64,000 nt of DNA from Spirochaetales bacterium (GTDB taxonomy: Bacteria; Spirochaetota; Spirochaetia; DSM-27196; Salinispiraceae): positions 8,486-72,485 of the forward strand of contig JAACWS010000017.1 in assembly GCA_009991955.1 (NCBI GenBank). Reading direction: 5' to 3'. The translations under genes were made by a program, and so were the position numbers. The notes beneath the pieces were generated by a model that did no database searches, was not told where the DNA came from, and saw only the letters and a list, made by a program, of their open reading frames with translations. Shown in pieces: positions 62,492 to 64,000 of the stretch; positions within the stretch are counted from its first letter, which is position 1; each line of letters begins with the position of its first letter.

Positions 62492-63541
62492 ATGCCATTT
62501 TTTTCTGGTGGAATTCGAGGACAACTACGATCGGTCATTCAGTGGGATACCCCAGGTTCAGGAGACTTGTTTTTCCGATGGAGCGGGACGGGCGATGAAA
62601 TAAAGGATGCCTCAAAGCTCATCGTAGGCCCCGGTCAGGGCTGTATCTTTGTTTACGAGGGAAAAGTTGAAGGTGTCTATACTACCGAGGGCACCTATAA
62701 TCTAGAGACCGACAATATTCCATTCTGGACAACTATTACCAAACTCATGCAAGGTTTCGAAAGCGAACATAAGGTGGGTTTGTACTTTTTTAAGACTACC
62801 ATAATGCTCGATCAAAAATGGGGTACTCCGGGAATTGTGAAGTACAACGACCCGGTATATAAGTTTCCGGTAGGCCTACGGGGATTCGGAAACTACAGTT
62901 TTCGCATTACCCAACCGGCAGGTTTTTTTACGAATGTTGTGGGTGGGGCTCAATCCTTTACGGCCGACGATTTTCGAAAGGTTATGGGAGCGCGTATCAT
63001 TTCGCCCCTCTCGGACTACCTGGCCACCTGCGGATTTAGTTACGCCGACATAGACAAAAATCGAACCGAAATCAGCGAAGGTCTCAAAGAGATTCTGACC
63101 AAAGAGTTCTCATTGTTAGGATTCTCCCTCGAAGACTTCCGAATTGAGGGAACTAGCTTCGACGAAGATACCATGCGCAGGATTAACCGAATAGCCGACA
63201 TGAGCGCCGAGGCTCAAGCGGCCGCCGCTGCGGGTCTGAATTATGCTCAACTCCAGCAGCTGGACGCCATGAAATCTGCAGCCGCAAACCCCGGAGGTGG
63301 GGCAGGCCTTGGTATGGGAATGGGAGCGGGTATGGCCTTTGGACAGATGATGGGCCAACAGTTTGGCCAGCAGCCCCAAGGTGGCCAAACGGCCGTTTCG
63401 GGGGCTGGTTCCGGGGGCGACAGTCCGGCCGCCGACGATCCGATGGAATCCCTGGGAAAACTGAAAAAACTCCTGGATGCAGGACTCATTTCTCAAGGGG
63501 AATTCGACACAAAAAAAGCCGAAATTCTGGCTCGACTCTAG
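62492..63541 (+). CDS. SPFH (band-7)-like domain protein with Gly/Met/Gln-rich linker and C-terminal SHOCT domain
   Basis: 349 aa; C-terminus MESLGKLKKLLDAGLISQGEFDTKKAEILARL is a canonical SHOCT motif; N-terminal ~230 aa resemble the SPFH-SHOCT ('virion core protein'-annotated) family. Confidence 0.65.
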   Translation: MPFFSGGIRGQLRSVIQWDTPGSGDLFFRWSGTGDEIKDASKLIVGPGQGCIFVYEGKVEGVYTTEGTYNLETDNIPFWTTITKLMQGFESEHKVGLYFFKTTIMLDQKWGTPGIVKYNDPVYKFPVGLRGFGNYSFRITQPAGFFTNVVGGAQSFTADDFRKVMGARIISPLSDYLATCGFSYADIDKNRTEISEGLKEILTKEFSLLGFSLEDFRIEGTSFDEDTMRRINRIADMSAEAQAAAAAGLNYAQLQQLDAMKSAAANPGGGAGLGMGMGAGMAFGQMMGQQFGQQPQGGQTAVSGAGSGGDSPAADDPMESLGKLKKLLDAGLISQGEFDTKKAEILARL

Positions 63542-63552
63542 GCCCGGAGATC

Positions 63553-63655
63553 CACCAGGGCACCTCTGGAAACTACTATTTCCATGAGTTTGACGCCCGT
63601 AAGTCATTGCGGTGCAATGACCGACTTACAGAAAAATTAGATACCAGAGGTGCCC
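63553..63655 (+). promoter_or_regulatory. copy 2 of the repeated ~100-nt conserved element, flanked by a perfect 12-bp inverted repeat (GGGCACCTCTGG … CCAGAGGTGCCC)
   Basis: core 63587-63630 identical to 20315-20358 except for the N6; 8-bp IR 63603-63610/63614-63621; 31 nt before the ATG at 63661. Confidence 0.5.
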
Positions 63656-63660
63656 ACCTA

Positions 63661-64000
63661 TGAAACTACCACCACTGTCCCGAGGGGCAAAAATTGTCGG
63701 CCTAAGTCTCCTACTGCTCCTGGTCCTGGGGAACCTTGTTCTCTTTGCCCGGGCTGGAGGAGCGGGTGGAAGCTCGGGAAGCTCTGGCTTCTCGAGTGGT
63801 GGGAGTAGCAACGACGGGGCCTTTATTTTCGCTCTCATTTTTCAGCTCATTCGTATTATCGGACCCATACCGACCCTGGTAATTGTCCTCATTGGACTCC
63901 TCATCTTTCGCCTACAAACCCGAGCCCAGCATCAACGGACCAACACCGTCCACCAAACTCGACGGGTTTCCGCCGAATCCAGTGGACCCCCGGCCTCGGT
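63661..64000 (+). CDS. hypothetical membrane protein with signal peptide and Gly/Ser-rich segment (3'-truncated by window edge)
   Basis: manual translation MKLPPLSRGAKIVGLSLLLLLVLGNLVLFARAGGAGGSSGSSGFSSGGSSNDGAFIFALIFQLIRIIGPIPTLVIVLIGLLIFRLQTRAQHQ… runs to the window end without a stop. Confidence 0.5.

Overview
This 64 kb window is mostly core housekeeping DNA from a moderately GC-rich bacterium (about 50% GC). Its gene order resembles spirochetes, though I hold that only with low confidence.

The centrepiece is one uninterrupted minus-strand ribosomal/transcription super-cluster from 34659 to 61892. In transcription order it reads: tRNA-Thr, tRNA-Trp, secE, nusG, rplK-rplA-rplJ-rplL, rpoB, rpoC, rpsL-rpsG, a 438-bp spacer with no fusA, tuf, then the S10, spc and alpha operons through rplQ. 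Two small genes missing from the ORF track, rpmD (L30) and rpmJ (L36), were recovered by hand. The cluster lacks rpsD, adk, map and infA.

The 5' third (1-34.5 kb) carries:
- two paralogous FAD-dependent disulfide oxidoreductases flanking a DedA/TVP38 membrane protein;
- an HD-GYP protein;
- an arginine deiminase pathway pair, arcA-arcB, in which arcA is frameshifted at a G7 homopolymer;
- a RadC-like JAB domain fused to a DinG helicase;
- a purine nucleoside phosphorylase, asd and lysC;
- a holB / PAS histidine kinase / sigma-54 response regulator operon;
- cvpA and murG;
- a phoU / phoB-like / phoR-like module;
- a DUF445 protein and an SH3 lipoprotein;
- a secreted protein and caspase-like (peptidase C14) lipoprotein pair;
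- uvrB, htrA, comM and rnhA;
- a 1025-aa membrane protein with 84-bp in-frame acidic tandem repeats.

The 3' end carries a SufE-like gene, an SPFH-SHOCT protein and a partial Gly/Ser-rich membrane protein.

The most unusual non-coding observation is a roughly 100-nt element present twice, at 20285-20385 and 63553-63655. The copies are about 80% identical overall. Both contain a perfectly conserved 28-nt core holding an 8-bp inverted repeat (GTCATTGC-ggt-GCAATGAC), and both are flanked by an inverted repeat showing a compensatory base change. Each copy sits directly upstream of a + strand gene. I also called by eye several rho-independent terminator or attenuator hairpins and one sigma-70-like promoter.

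No mobile elements, CRISPR arrays or prophage genes were seen.
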